Below are positions 8,716 through 19,155 of a stretch of 64,000 bases of DNA, piece by piece. Each line of letters opens with the position of its first letter. Positions within the stretch are counted from its first letter, which is position 1. The stretch covers positions 2,912,001-2,976,000 of the forward strand of contig CP181291.1 in NCBI GenBank assembly GCA_052279835.1, given 5' to 3'. The notes beneath the pieces were generated by a model. It saw only the letters and a list, made by a program, of their open reading frames with translations. It ran no database searches and had not been told where the DNA came from. A program made the position numbers and the translations under genes. This DNA comes from Microcoleus sp. (GTDB taxonomy: Bacteria > Cyanobacteriota > Cyanobacteriia > Cyanobacteriales > Microcoleaceae).

Positions 8716-9900
8716 TTATTCTTTGGATAAGCGCTGAACAGATTCACCTCCAAAAAGTTCGTCGGCTGCTTTCAGAATACCCGGAATTTTAGCAGCGTGG
8801 GGACTGTGAGCGAGACAGCGACGCAAGTCTAATTCATCGAGGCGATCGGCTTTTTGACCTGGGAACCAGTGGCTGGCGTTACCCAGTAGATTGTAGCGCA
8901 TTTTGCAATACTCTATAGTATTATAAGCCTGCGCTAAATTCCACAGCCACAAAATCACATAAATGTTAATATTTCCCGGAGTATTTTCTATGGTGGGTAA
9001 ACCGACGTGCCAAGTTTTAAACCAATCTTCTCCTAATTGATTAATTGCTGCGGTTTCCAATCTTGCTAATATGGGTGGCAAAAGTCCATCGGCTTTATCT
9101 AACAATTGTACCGCTTTGAGATGTTCGTTAAAATCTTCAGGTTTTGCTGCACCCAAACTCAAAGTGTGTACTTGCGGATGTGACAAACAAAATAAGTCGT
9201 TAAACACCATCGGACTCAGAGGATAACACAAGTCGATCAATTTTTGTGGCGGGTTGTAAAGTTGACCGCCTTTATCGGAAGGACTAATGATAAAAACGCC
9301 CATGTCGTGAAGTTTAGCAGCTTCAATGGCTGGCAAGTTAATTTGATTAATGTAGTACCAGTGCAGGTTAACATAATCGAATTGATTGGTTTCAATTGTT
9401 TTGACAATCACATCCGTCGGGCCGTGAGTTGAAAAACCGATAAACCGGACTTTGCCCTCTGCTTGCAATTTTCTAGCCACATCCATGCAGCCACCTGGAC
9501 GAATGGAATCTTCTAGTAATTCCCAGGTATTAATGCCATGTATGGATAGTAAATCGACGTATTCTAGTTGTAAATAAGCTAAGGATGTCTCAAATTCTTC
9601 GCGAAATTTATCGGCGTTAGGTTGGACAGTAACTTTTGTTTGAACGATTAATTTTTCACGAGGCAACTTCGGTAATATCAATCCTAATTGCATCTCAGAA
9701 GTGCCGTAACCGCGAGCAGTTTCTATGTGATTGATGCCACATTCTACAGAGTAGCGAATCGTTTTTTCTAGATTTTCTTGATTGTCAAGGGGAATTTCAT
9801 TTAGTGGTACGTCTTGCCATTTGTAGTGATATCTCATACCACCGCAGGAAAAGACTGGCATGGATAATTCTGTGCGTCCGAATCTGCGATATTGCATCAT
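8716..9900 (-). CDS. Aldo/keto reductase family protein
   Basis: MQYRRFGRTEL, HIETARGYGTSE, IVQTK and IGFSTHG motifs. The upstream ORF extension is translated repeat DNA. Confidence 0.88.
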   Translation of the reverse strand: MMQYRRFGRTELSMPVFSCGGMRYHYKWQDVPLNEIPLDNQENLEKTIRYSVECGINHIETARGYGTSEMQLGLILPKLPREKLIVQTKVTVQPNADKFREEFETSLAYLQLEYVDLLSIHGINTWELLEDSIRPGGCMDVARKLQAEGKVRFIGFSTHGPTDVIVKTIETNQFDYVNLHWYYINQINLPAIEAAKLHDMGVFIISPSDKGGQLYNPPQKLIDLCYPLSPMVFNDLFCLSHPQVHTLSLGAAKPEDFNEHLKAVQLLDKADGLLPPILARLETAAINQLGEDWFKTWHVGLPTIENTPGNINIYVILWLWNLAQAYNTIEYCKMRYNLLGNASHWFPGQKADRLDELDLRRCLAHSPHAAKIPGILKAADELFGGESVQRLSKE

Positions 9901-9905
9901 AAGTA

Positions 9906-10140
9906 GAAGGAATAAGGAAGAAGGAATAAGGAAGAAGGAAGAAGTCACCCCCCCCTGCCCCCCCCAAGGGGGGAAGGAAGAAGGAAGAAGGAAGAAGTCA
10001 CCCCCCCCTGCCCCCCCCAAGGGGGGAAGGAAGAGGAAGGAAGAAGTCACACCCCCCTGCCCCCCCCAAGGGGGGAAGGAAGAGGAAGGAAGAAGTCACC
10101 CCCCCTGCCCCCCCCAAGGGGGGAAGGAAGAGGAAGGAAT
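9906..10140. repeat. Four tandem C-run/G-run hairpin units separated by GAAGGAA-type STRR
   Basis: Four units of AGAAGTCAC(C-run)TG(C-run)AAGGGGGGAAGGAAG. Confidence 0.85.
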
Positions 10141-10237
10141 AAGTAAGCACTCGTCAGATTTAAATCATTTTTTATATTAATAAATCGGAAATTGGCTATT
10201 TTTAATTACTCTAAGTTACATATTCTGCTATTTTAAA

Positions 10238-10259
10238 GAACAGGCAAAATGCCTGTTCT
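10238..10259. terminator. Hairpin downstream of rpiA
   Basis: GAACAGGCA-AAA-TGCCTGTTC. The same stem recurs at about 39240-39261. Confidence 0.55.
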
Positions 10260-10293
10260 ACCAAAAGGCGATGATTGATTACCAGTAGGTAAG

Positions 10294-11016
10294 TTATGAT
10301 TGTTTGAAAATCTCGCGGACTACAGGTTGGCCATCTTTAATTTCGCCAACCAAAACTAAATCTGTGCAGTTAACAAACAAGCCGTTTTCCAACACGCCAG
10401 GAATGTTATTTAAGGTTTTTTCTAGTTCGACAGGGTTGTCTAGGTTGTCGAATTGGACATCAATTACCATGTTACCTTGGTCGGTAATTACTGGCCCTGC
10501 TTTTCTGATTCCCATGCGGAGTTCTGGTTTTCCTCCCAGTTTTTCAATGGCGCGGGTGACAGGGGCGATCGCCATTGGTATCACTTCGATGGGGACTCGA
10601 AAAGTCGAACCCAATTTATCTACCATTTTAGAACTGTCAACTACTACGATAAACTGAGCTGCAAGGCAATCTACAACTTTTTCGCGAGTGTGGGCTGCGC
10701 CTCCTCCTTTAATTAAGTTTAGCTGGGGATCGACTTCATCCGCACCGTCAATCGCCACATCTATTCTGTCAATTTCATCCAGGGTTGTCAGCGGGACTCC
10801 GTATTGTTTGGCTAACACTTCTGATTGAAAAGATGTTGGTACTCCTTTGATATCTTTGAGTTGACCGGATTTGATGCGATCGCCCAAGGCCTGAATAGTA
10901 TAAGCTGTAGTTGACCCCGTGCCCAGTCCCACAATCATTCCTGACTGTACGCGATCGGCGGCAGCAAACCCTACTTGCTGTTTCATCAATTTTACGGGGT
11001 CTTGTTCTGTGGTCAT
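10294..11016 (-). CDS. rpiA: Ribose-5-phosphate isomerase A
   Basis: [26 protein letters not shown] and TDQGN motifs. Confidence 0.97.
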   Translation of the reverse strand: MTTEQDPVKLMKQQVGFAAADRVQSGMIVGLGTGSTTAYTIQALGDRIKSGQLKDIKGVPTSFQSEVLAKQYGVPLTTLDEIDRIDVAIDGADEVDPQLNLIKGGGAAHTREKVVDCLAAQFIVVVDSSKMVDKLGSTFRVPIEVIPMAIAPVTRAIEKLGGKPELRMGIRKAGPVITDQGNMVIDVQFDNLDNPVELEKTLNNIPGVLENGLFVNCTDLVLVGEIKDGQPVVREIFKQS

Positions 11017-11066
11017 GTTCAATAATCCTGAATAGTTTTAAAATTATAGCACTGATGGATTTAATG

Positions 11067-11207
11067 AACCGCAGAGAGCGCAGAGAACACAGAGAGGAAG
11101 AGGAAGAGATGACACTACCAAGTTCTCGGCGATAAGTTTTCTATCATTTGGGAACTTATCTATTTCTTCTCTATTTCTGCTCTGCGCCCTCTGTGGCCTC
11201 TGTGGTT
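11067..11207. repeat. Inverted pair of nonamer-based dispersed repeats (AACCGCAGAG family)
   Basis: AACCGCAGAGAGCGCAGAGAACACAGAG ... CTCTGCGCCCTCTGTGGCCTCTGTGGTT. Other copies at 22392, 32529, 39126 and 39325. Confidence 0.75.
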
Positions 11208-11328
11208 TAATAAAAAAAAATCTAGTTCACAAATCGATGGATAATTGCCCTATCCATCCTGTACTTGGTGGGTGCAATCCCGATAGCGGGTAAAATGGCT
11301 GAATAGTATTAGTATCAAAACTGTAACA

Positions 11329-14300
11329 GTGGTAGAACAAATGATTGCGGAATCGTTGGTGAATTTAGAGGCTGCTCAAACTTATTTCCAAAAGGCAAAT
11401 CGGCTGAAAGGCACAGGTAGGCTTGATGAGGCGATCGCACATTATCATAAATCTCTAGAGTTCAATGGGGAAGATGCAGAAGTTTACAAAACCTTGGCGG
11501 AAGTTTATGCTTTGCAAGGGGAATTTGAAAAGGCGATCGACTCCTGCCATCTCGCCGTTAAATTTAACCCTAGTTTTGCTCCCGCTTACTTGACAATGGG
11601 CAATGCTTTACATAGTCAAAACAAGCTGGAAATGGCAATTCAAGCTTATTTACAAGCCTTAAAAATTCAGCCAGAATTTGCAGAAGCCAGCGCTAATTTG
11701 GGCAGTATGTATTACAAACTAGGACAATTATCTGAGGCTGAAAAATCTTACCAAACAGCTATTGCTATTAATCCAGATTTGTGTTCAGTACGTTTGATGC
11801 TTGGTAGCGTTCTCCATTATCAAGGCAAGTTAGATGCCGCCATTGCTTGTTATCAAAAAGTCCTGGAAATGCAACCTGAAGATGCAAGCACAGCAGAGAA
11901 AATATCCGATTTACTTAAACAAAAACAGCAGGAAAACACCCCTAGCAAGTTTCTGGAATTAGAACCAGAATCTGACCCACAACAACGGGTAACTGTCAAC
12001 AAAGACGAAGGCTATGGTTTACAGCCTTCTAGTATCAATTTGCCGCCATCAGAAACTAATAAAAATTTAAATACTTCCTTCACAAATTCAACGGAAGTTT
12101 CCGAACAAGTTTCTCAATTGAATGTTCCCAGTAATGAGGAAATTGCCAATTTTAAAGAAGTTGAAGGCTACAAAAATCTGGCAGAAGATTGTTTGGTAAA
12201 AGGTAAGGTTACTGAAGCGATCGCAGCGTGTCATTTGGCTATCAAAACTAGACCTGATTATATTCATGCTTACGTCACTTTAGGCAATGCTCTGCAAGCT
12301 ATAGGCAAACTTGAAGCAGCAATTCGCTCCTATTCTCAAGCCTTAGAATTGCGACCAAATTTTGCTGAAGTTCGCGCTAATATCGGCAGTATGTATTTTA
12401 AAATGGATCGCTTGGAAGAGGCGATCGCCCATTATGAAGCCGCCATTGTCCTCAGTCCCAATTTAGCGGGCGCTCACTGGAATTTAGGTAAAGTATATCA
12501 CAAATATGGCAACATCGAAGCCGCGATCGCCTGTTTTCAGAGAACATCCGAACTGAATCCCCAGCTAGTCGGTGCAGACTTCCACTTTAACTTAGCTAAC
12601 CGACTTTTAACTCAAGGCAAGCGCGATGAAGCTATTGAAAGCTATTTAAAGGCGATCGCCATTAAACCAGATTGGGCAGAAGCCTATGCTAACATCGGCA
12701 GTGCGCGATCGCAACAAGGCAATATCGATGCAGCCATCACTTATTATCAGAAAGCTGTAGAATTAAAGCCAGAATTAGAAGTTTTGCACTCCAACCTTGC
12801 CAATTCATTTTTGCAGCAAGGAAAGTACGAATTAGCAGTTACCAGTTATCAAAATGCCCTCAAAATAAAGCCAGACTGGGCAGATGTTCACGCCAATTTA
12901 GGCAACGCTTTATCTATGTTAGGCAAACTGGAAGAAGCCCAAGCCAGCTATCAAGAAGCCCTGGTATTCAAACCAAATTGGGCAGAAGTTTACTGTCGGA
13001 TGGGACACATTCAAAAGCAGGATAAGCCCCTAGAGGCGATCGCCAATTTTGAAAAGGCGATCGAATTCAACCCCAAATTCAGCGAAGCCCACCAACAATT
13101 GTGCGACTTACTAAGCCATTCCACCAACCTAGCAGGAGCTCGCAGAGTCGCAGACAACTACTGCGAAAACTGTGGCGAACAAGTACCAGTCATGTCAGCC
13201 ACCGCTTACGTTTTCTCCTATCTGCAATCAGGGGTAAGCCAACAGGCAATTCAGAAACTAGAAGAAATCGAAGCACTCTCCTACGAAAAAATCGAAACCT
13301 TTACCAATATCGAACTAAAACTGCTCTACGAAATCTTCTTGTTTGCAGTCTCTCACCTGCGAGATAATCGCGAGAAAAATGCCAGCTTTTACCGATTGGT
13401 TGCCAAGGAATACTACAAAAAAGTCCTTCCTCCACGGCAATCAATCGACAGAATCAAACCAGTCAATTACCAAACAAACCAAAAACCTTTAAGAATCGGC
13501 TTCCTCTCAAAACACTTCCGTCGTCACTCCGTCGGCTGGTGCAGCGAAGCTTTAATTCGGGAATTAAGCCGCATCACTCCCCACGTTCACCTCTACGTCA
13601 CCGGCAAACTTAACAAAGATGAAGTAACCCAGCGATTTGAAGACATGGCGGGCAAATTTTATTGGCCCAAAAAGTATCCAAATGGTTTTGCAGATGGTGG
13701 TGAAATTCTCGCCGAAGTGCGGCAAGACGATTTGGATGTATTAATCGATTTAGACTCGATGACAGTACCAACAAATGTAGAAGTGTTACACCAGTATCCC
13801 GCTGGCATCTGTGTTTCTTGGCTAGGATTTGATGCACCTTATATCTCAGACAATCACTATTTTCTGTGCGACGAACACACTCACCCCGCCGGTGTTGAAA
13901 AACATTACTTAGAACAGTTAGTGAGATTGCCTAGTTGTTCCGTAGCAATTGGGGCATTAGAAAGCATTTCAGTGAATCGAGAAGCGATTAGAACTTCCCT
14001 CGGTATTGGGTTAGATCAAATGACTTATCTCTGCGTGGCACCAGGGAGAAAAACTAATCCTGAAATGGTGCGCGCTCAAGTTAAAATACTCAAAGAAGTT
14101 CCTGATAGTTTGCTAATCCGTAAAGGTCAAGGCGATCCTGAAGTGATTCACAGCACTTACCGCGAAGAATGCGATATTCAAGGAGTAGATTTTACTCGGA
14201 TTAAGTTTGTGGGGCAAACCAAAACGGAAGAAGAACACCGCGCCATTTATTATGTGGCTGACGTGCTTTTAGATTCCTATCCTTATAATGGTGGTACTCA

Positions 14301-14595
14301 TAATTTGGAGGCTTTGTGGGCGAATTTGCCAGTGGTAACTAGATCCGGCGATCAATATCTTTCGCGGATGGGTTATGCTTTTCTCAAAAGTGCAAATCTG
14401 GATGTGGGTGCGGCTTGGAGTTGGGAAGAATACACGCAGTGGGGAGTTAAGTTTGGGCGAGATGCTAGTTTCCGAAATGCGGTGAAAGAACACTTGATTA
14501 AATCTAAACAGCCAGAAAATCTTGCACCTTTGTGGAATCCTCAAAAGTTGGCAAGGGAAATGTATGAAGTGTTTCAACAACTGTTAACTAAATAA
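11329..14595 (+). CDS. TPR-repeat O-GlcNAc transferase / SPINDLY-like (GT41) protein
   Basis: Many TPRs followed by LRIGFLS..FRRHSVG, DVLIDLD, SWLG and DVLLDSYPYNGGTHNLEALW GT41 motifs. Start may be the ATG at 11341. Confidence 0.85.
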   Translation: MVEQMIAESLVNLEAAQTYFQKANRLKGTGRLDEAIAHYHKSLEFNGEDAEVYKTLAEVYALQGEFEKAIDSCHLAVKFNPSFAPAYLTMGNALHSQNKLEMAIQAYLQALKIQPEFAEASANLGSMYYKLGQLSEAEKSYQTAIAINPDLCSVRLMLGSVLHYQGKLDAAIACYQKVLEMQPEDASTAEKISDLLKQKQQENTPSKFLELEPESDPQQRVTVNKDEGYGLQPSSINLPPSETNKNLNTSFTNSTEVSEQVSQLNVPSNEEIANFKEVEGYKNLAEDCLVKGKVTEAIAACHLAIKTRPDYIHAYVTLGNALQAIGKLEAAIRSYSQALELRPNFAEVRANIGSMYFKMDRLEEAIAHYEAAIVLSPNLAGAHWNLGKVYHKYGNIEAAIACFQRTSELNPQLVGADFHFNLANRLLTQGKRDEAIESYLKAIAIKPDWAEAYANIGSARSQQGNIDAAITYYQKAVELKPELEVLHSNLANSFLQQGKYELAVTSYQNALKIKPDWADVHANLGNALSMLGKLEEAQASYQEALVFKPNWAEVYCRMGHIQKQDKPLEAIANFEKAIEFNPKFSEAHQQLCDLLSHSTNLAGARRVADNYCENCGEQVPVMSATAYVFSYLQSGVSQQAIQKLEEIEALSYEKIETFTNIELKLLYEIFLFAVSHLRDNREKNASFYRLVAKEYYKKVLPPRQSIDRIKPVNYQTNQKPLRIGFLSKHFRRHSVGWCSEALIRELSRITPHVHLYVTGKLNKDEVTQRFEDMAGKFYWPKKYPNGFADGGEILAEVRQDDLDVLIDLDSMTVPTNVEVLHQYPAGICVSWLGFDAPYISDNHYFLCDEHTHPAGVEKHYLEQLVRLPSCSVAIGALESISVNREAIRTSLGIGLDQMTYLCVAPGRKTNPEMVRAQVKILKEVPDSLLIRKGQGDPEVIHSTYREECDIQGVDFTRIKFVGQTKTEEEHRAIYYVADVLLDSYPYNGGTHNLEALWANLPVVTRSGDQYLSRMGYAFLKSANLDVGAAWSWEEYTQWGVKFGRDASFRNAVKEHLIKSKQPENLAPLWNPQKLAREMYEVFQQLLTK

Positions 14596-14682
14596 CTCAT
14601 ACTTGGTAGCGATAGCTTTAGTTAGCTTGGCAAGCTTTTAGCTAATCCATGACTAAAGTTATTGCTACAAACCACTTATGAA

Positions 14683-17600
14683 CTACTGATTAATCCCTAC
14701 TCGATCGCGCCCGCTAGACTTAGCTTGATAAAGCGCTTTATCCGCCGCTTCTATCAGCATTTTAGGTGAGTTTTGACCTTCGGAAATGCTCGCAACTCCC
14801 AAGCTCAGAGTCACGCAATCGCTGACAACGGACTTGATATGGGGAATAGCTAAAGCTTTAACACGGCTGCGGATTGCTTCAGCAACTGTCCGCGCCCTAA
14901 CCAGGTCTGTATTTGGCAAAATTACCCCAAATTCTTCGCCACCATATCTAGCAGGCAAATAAAGCTGTTCTGGAGATACTTCTGCACAAGTATCTCCGAT
15001 CGCCCGTGCCACTTGTTGCAAACAAGCATCCCCCGCTTGATGCCCGTAATTGTCGTTGTAAAGTTTAAAACAGTCAATGTCGCACATAATCAAAGATAGT
15101 GGCTGGGAACTACTACATTGCTCCCATTCTCTGTTCAAAACTTCGTCAAAGCGACGACGATTTCCTAGTTGAGTTAGACTGTCCAAATTCACCAAGCCAT
15201 CTAATCTTTGATTGGCTGCTGCTAACTGCTGGTAAAGTAAAGATTGTTCGATCGCGATCGCCAATTGAGTAGCCAACTGACTCAGTAAATCCACATCAAA
15301 CTGTTGCCACCTGCGAGGTCCAGAACAGTGGTGGGCGATTAGCAAACCCCACAATTTCGGTATATGACAAGAAGCGTTACCTTCCCTAGATTCTATACCC
15401 TGCTGTAGGATAGGTACTACCAAATTCGCCTTCACCTGACACTCCCTCAAAAAATTAACGTGACACTCATCCAAACCCGCAGCTTGAATATCCTCAATAG
15501 CTCGAATTCTGCCTTTCAAATACTGTCCGATATAAGAATTCGCAAAACAACAATCATCAAAAACCCTCCCCAAAAGTGGTATCCATTCTTCGCCAACCGA
15601 CTCCACCACTACATCTCCATTCCAATCAGGTCGAAAGCGGAAAACGATCGCTCGATCCGTTGCTAAAAACTCCCGCACTTCCGCTACCGTAGTATTGAGG
15701 ATATCTTGGAGGTCTAGGGAAGAACGGATGCGCGATTGAATCTGCGCGATTAGGCGTTCCCGTTCTACCTGCTGTCGCAGGGCGACTTGAGCTTGCTTGC
15801 TTTCTGTAATATCTCGACCTTCCGGTAATAGCAATACCACTTGACCAGTTTCATCGGTTACTGGTTTCAGAGAAAAATCTATAATAGCCGTCCGATTTGT
15901 ACCTTTAAATTCGACTTCATAGCGGACTAATTCACCTTTTGCCGAGCGAGAAATTGCTTGTTTTAACTGTTCTTGAATTTCCTGAAACCCTGCCCACCAA
16001 GGTCCTTGCCAAAATGGAAGATTAGCCACATCCCGCAGATTGATTCCTGCAAAATCTAGAGAAGTTTGGTTAGCTTCTAACAAAGTACCATCCGGTTTCA
16101 ACAGGCTCACAAATTGAAACGAAGAATCAAAAATTGCCCGAAAACGTCTTTGACTATCTCCCAACATTGCCGTCACCTTAGAGCGAGAGGTAATATCACG
16201 GAAGCGCCATACCCTGCCAATAATATTGTGTCCCACTCTAATAGGCTGAGTATAGCGTTCAAAAGTGCGACCATCCTTAAATTCTAAAATATCGCAGATT
16301 TCAGCTTCAGCATGGTTATAAATTTCTTGAATTCGGCAGATAAAAGCTTTAGGGTCTTTAACTTGTTGAGTGAGAAATGCCAAGCGCATCCTGCGATCCA
16401 TTGAGTTTTTAATTTCTTCGGTAATTCCCCACATTTTGACTAAGTTTTCATTAAAACTAATCATTTCTCCCGCTGTAGTGACCGCCAAAATACCATCGGC
16501 TGTTGCTTCCAAAGTCGCGTGCAAAATAGAACGCGACCTCTCTAATTCTGCTTCTAGTAATTTATTTTCCGTCAGGTCTCGCACGGCTTTAACCTGAAGT
16601 AATCGACCTTCATATAATACGAATTTGCTCCGCACTTCAGCAGGAAAAGTTGTCCCGTCTCGCTTGATAAAAACAGTTTCGCAGATTGTATTACTGGCTG
16701 CTGAAATCATTTGTGGTGCTTGTTTATAAGATTGTGGTGACAGCAGTTCCAACAAACTCATCCCCGCCATTTCCTGCGGTTTGTAACCGAATAACTCGGC
16801 AAAATTTTTGCTGACATTCAAAATCGTGTCGCGGTCGGCGACGGCAACTGCTTCAAAATAAGCTTCACATTCTAGCAGGTAATCAGTGGCGGTTTTGCGG
16901 TTGATTTTTTCCGGCAAACTCTCATTTTTTATTAGTTGTTGAAGCTGCATATTGGCTGAGTACAAAGCAGTCATAGCCTGCCTGTACATTCCCGTGCGTT
17001 TTTCTACTCTTTCTTTCAGTCGATCGCGCGATTCTCGCAGTCTTATTTCTACTTGCTTTAACTCTGTAATATCTACTGAAAAAACTATGACACCTGCTAC
17101 TTTACCTGCACTGTCGTGGTAAGGTATTTTGTCAGTGCGTACCCAGCATTTTTGACCGGAGACAGTGGGCAATTGGTGAATTTTGCCTAATCGGGGAACG
17201 CCGGAATTAATTACTTGTAAATCTTCTAAATAATATTGCTCTGCTTCGTCGGGATAGATTTCATAAAATGATTTACCTTCTAATTGCTCTGGAGGCAAAC
17301 CTCTAGATGCTGCTGCCACTTTGTTAATTCGCAGCAAATGGCTGTCGGTATCTTTGTACCAAATCATGGCTGGTATGGAATCCAGAATAATTTGCTGTTC
17401 TTGCTGCTGCTGTCGGATTTCTGCCTCTATTTGTTCTTTTTTAAATATTTTTTCGGTCAGTTTTTGATTGGCTTTAGTGAGTTCTGCTGTGCGTTTTTCT
17501 ACTCGTGCTTCTAGTTTTTCGTAAAAATCATTCAGCAAGTTTTGCTGCTGTTCCCGCCGCGTTAATTCGATTTTTGATCTTTCACTGATTGACAAACTTG

Positions 17601-18633
17601 TTGAGACAAAATCTGCTAATATTTTGGTAATATACTGTTCGTCTTCCGTCCACTCACTGTCACAAGCAGCGCGCTCAATATTGACAATTCCTACCATTTT
17701 ACCAGCCAACATAATTGGTACGTTTAATAGGGAAGTAATACCTCGAACGGAAAAATAAAGACCCGCTAATTCTCGCGTTCTGGGATCGTTGGTTGCAGCC
17801 ACGGCTGCGATCGTACTTTCGGACTTCAACGCTCGAAAATAAGCCGGACAGTCTGCTGCTGTGACAATTATTTGTACGAAATGGAGTTTGGTATTTTGTT
17901 CGTAAAGGTCCATACAGTGAAGCTGGGTGCGGTCTTCGCTGTACAGCCAAATGCTAGCCCGATCGCATTTTACAACATTCACAGCCGTTTCCGTGATTTC
18001 TCGGATAAATTCTTCTACATTTTTCCGTTCAGCAGCTTGACTTTTGGCTAATTTGGCGATTGCCTGAGTTTGATTTCGCCAAATTTGCTGAGCTTTTGCC
18101 TCTGGTGTTAGATATGTGGGTAATGTAATTTCTTCGCAAACTAGCAGTACGCTTGGCAGTTGGAAAGTTTCAAAGGAATTGTTACTATTTTTGACTATTT
18201 CCCAGCCTGGTTCCGACAAAGTTAATGCAGTTGCTTTTACCCAAATTTTCCTACCATCTTTGCAAGTCAAACTGCATTCCCAAGCCTTCCTTTTTTGGCG
18301 ATAGCCACTATCTTCTAGCTGCACAAATTCGGCAAATTCTGCGTGCAATTTACCTTGATTTTGGCTTTCAAATATGTTAAAAATTGAATGAGAAACTAAT
18401 TCCTGGGCCCTGTAACCCAGTCGAGATGCACCGAACTGATTGAGCGAAAATACTCTTCCCAAAGCGTCGAGAACGAAGTAAATTCCTGGAAAATTATCGT
18501 AAAGAGTACGATACCAATTGCGTTCAATTTCTCTACTGCACGAAATTTTAGCTGTTCCGAGTTCGTTCCCCGTGCAGATGGCATGAGAATTGTTTGTTTC
18601 TGGGTTAATTGAATGATTATTGTTAGCAAACAC
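14683..18633 (-). CDS. Multi-sensor diguanylate cyclase (PAS, GAF, several PAS, CBCR-GAF, GGDEF)
   Basis: DSLTQLGNRR, DIDCFKLYND.YGH..GD and RYGGEEF. The last GAF has DRAIVFRF, DCCF and ECH. Confidence 0.9.
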   Translation of the reverse strand: MFANNNHSINPETNNSHAICTGNELGTAKISCSREIERNWYRTLYDNFPGIYFVLDALGRVFSLNQFGASRLGYRAQELVSHSIFNIFESQNQGKLHAEFAEFVQLEDSGYRQKRKAWECSLTCKDGRKIWVKATALTLSEPGWEIVKNSNNSFETFQLPSVLLVCEEITLPTYLTPEAKAQQIWRNQTQAIAKLAKSQAAERKNVEEFIREITETAVNVVKCDRASIWLYSEDRTQLHCMDLYEQNTKLHFVQIIVTAADCPAYFRALKSESTIAAVAATNDPRTRELAGLYFSVRGITSLLNVPIMLAGKMVGIVNIERAACDSEWTEDEQYITKILADFVSTSLSISERSKIELTRREQQQNLLNDFYEKLEARVEKRTAELTKANQKLTEKIFKKEQIEAEIRQQQQEQQIILDSIPAMIWYKDTDSHLLRINKVAAASRGLPPEQLEGKSFYEIYPDEAEQYYLEDLQVINSGVPRLGKIHQLPTVSGQKCWVRTDKIPYHDSAGKVAGVIVFSVDITELKQVEIRLRESRDRLKERVEKRTGMYRQAMTALYSANMQLQQLIKNESLPEKINRKTATDYLLECEAYFEAVAVADRDTILNVSKNFAELFGYKPQEMAGMSLLELLSPQSYKQAPQMISAASNTICETVFIKRDGTTFPAEVRSKFVLYEGRLLQVKAVRDLTENKLLEAELERSRSILHATLEATADGILAVTTAGEMISFNENLVKMWGITEEIKNSMDRRMRLAFLTQQVKDPKAFICRIQEIYNHAEAEICDILEFKDGRTFERYTQPIRVGHNIIGRVWRFRDITSRSKVTAMLGDSQRRFRAIFDSSFQFVSLLKPDGTLLEANQTSLDFAGINLRDVANLPFWQGPWWAGFQEIQEQLKQAISRSAKGELVRYEVEFKGTNRTAIIDFSLKPVTDETGQVVLLLPEGRDITESKQAQVALRQQVERERLIAQIQSRIRSSLDLQDILNTTVAEVREFLATDRAIVFRFRPDWNGDVVVESVGEEWIPLLGRVFDDCCFANSYIGQYLKGRIRAIEDIQAAGLDECHVNFLRECQVKANLVVPILQQGIESREGNASCHIPKLWGLLIAHHCSGPRRWQQFDVDLLSQLATQLAIAIEQSLLYQQLAAANQRLDGLVNLDSLTQLGNRRRFDEVLNREWEQCSSSQPLSLIMCDIDCFKLYNDNYGHQAGDACLQQVARAIGDTCAEVSPEQLYLPARYGGEEFGVILPNTDLVRARTVAEAIRSRVKALAIPHIKSVVSDCVTLSLGVASISEGQNSPKMLIEAADKALYQAKSSGRDRVGINQ

Positions 18634-18822
18634 TTTTAAATTAACTCAATTGTAATTAAATTTACTTACTCTGGTTCAACTTTTTTATGAAACAAAGTCA
18701 AACCTATTTTTACAATAAAGCTGCTTAGCTGTAACAAATTTACAACTCTGTCCCTGGGGACGTTTGCGATTCCCAATCCCAGCTCTGTGTTAGTTTACGC
18801 TCATCAAAGGTTTTAAATATAT

Positions 18823-19155
18823 ATGATAACACTGAAATATCTATTGTTGGGATTAGCCTACCTGGGTTTTGGGTTAGGGTATGTACCGGGTTTACGGATG
18901 AACCGGGCTGCGATCGCTATTGTTGGGTCAGGTTTTATGGTGGCTTTAGGCGTAGTTAATCTCAAAACCGCCTGGGAGGCGATCGACCCAAGTACCATCG
19001 TTTTTTTACTCGGAATGATGATTATTAATTCTACCTTGGGAGCATCCGGCTTTTTTCAACTAGCATTAGAGTTGTTAACTCGCTTTACTCCTTCTCCTTA
19101 TGGAAAAACTGGCGATTTTCCAAGGGGATATTTGGAAACCCTTCCCATCCTCTGA
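18823..19155 (+). pseudogene. 5' fragment of an ArsB/NhaD/CitMHS-type anion transporter
   Basis: PGLRMNRAAIAIVG and IDPSTIVFLLGMMI...SGFF match the N-terminus of roughly 400-aa permeases. It ends after about 94 aa and overlaps the opposite-strand GH38 gene. Confidence 0.7.

Noticed and set aside
9906..10140. Possible CRISPR array
   Set aside because: The segments between units are low-complexity GAAGGAA heptamers, not unique spacers, and no cas genes are present.
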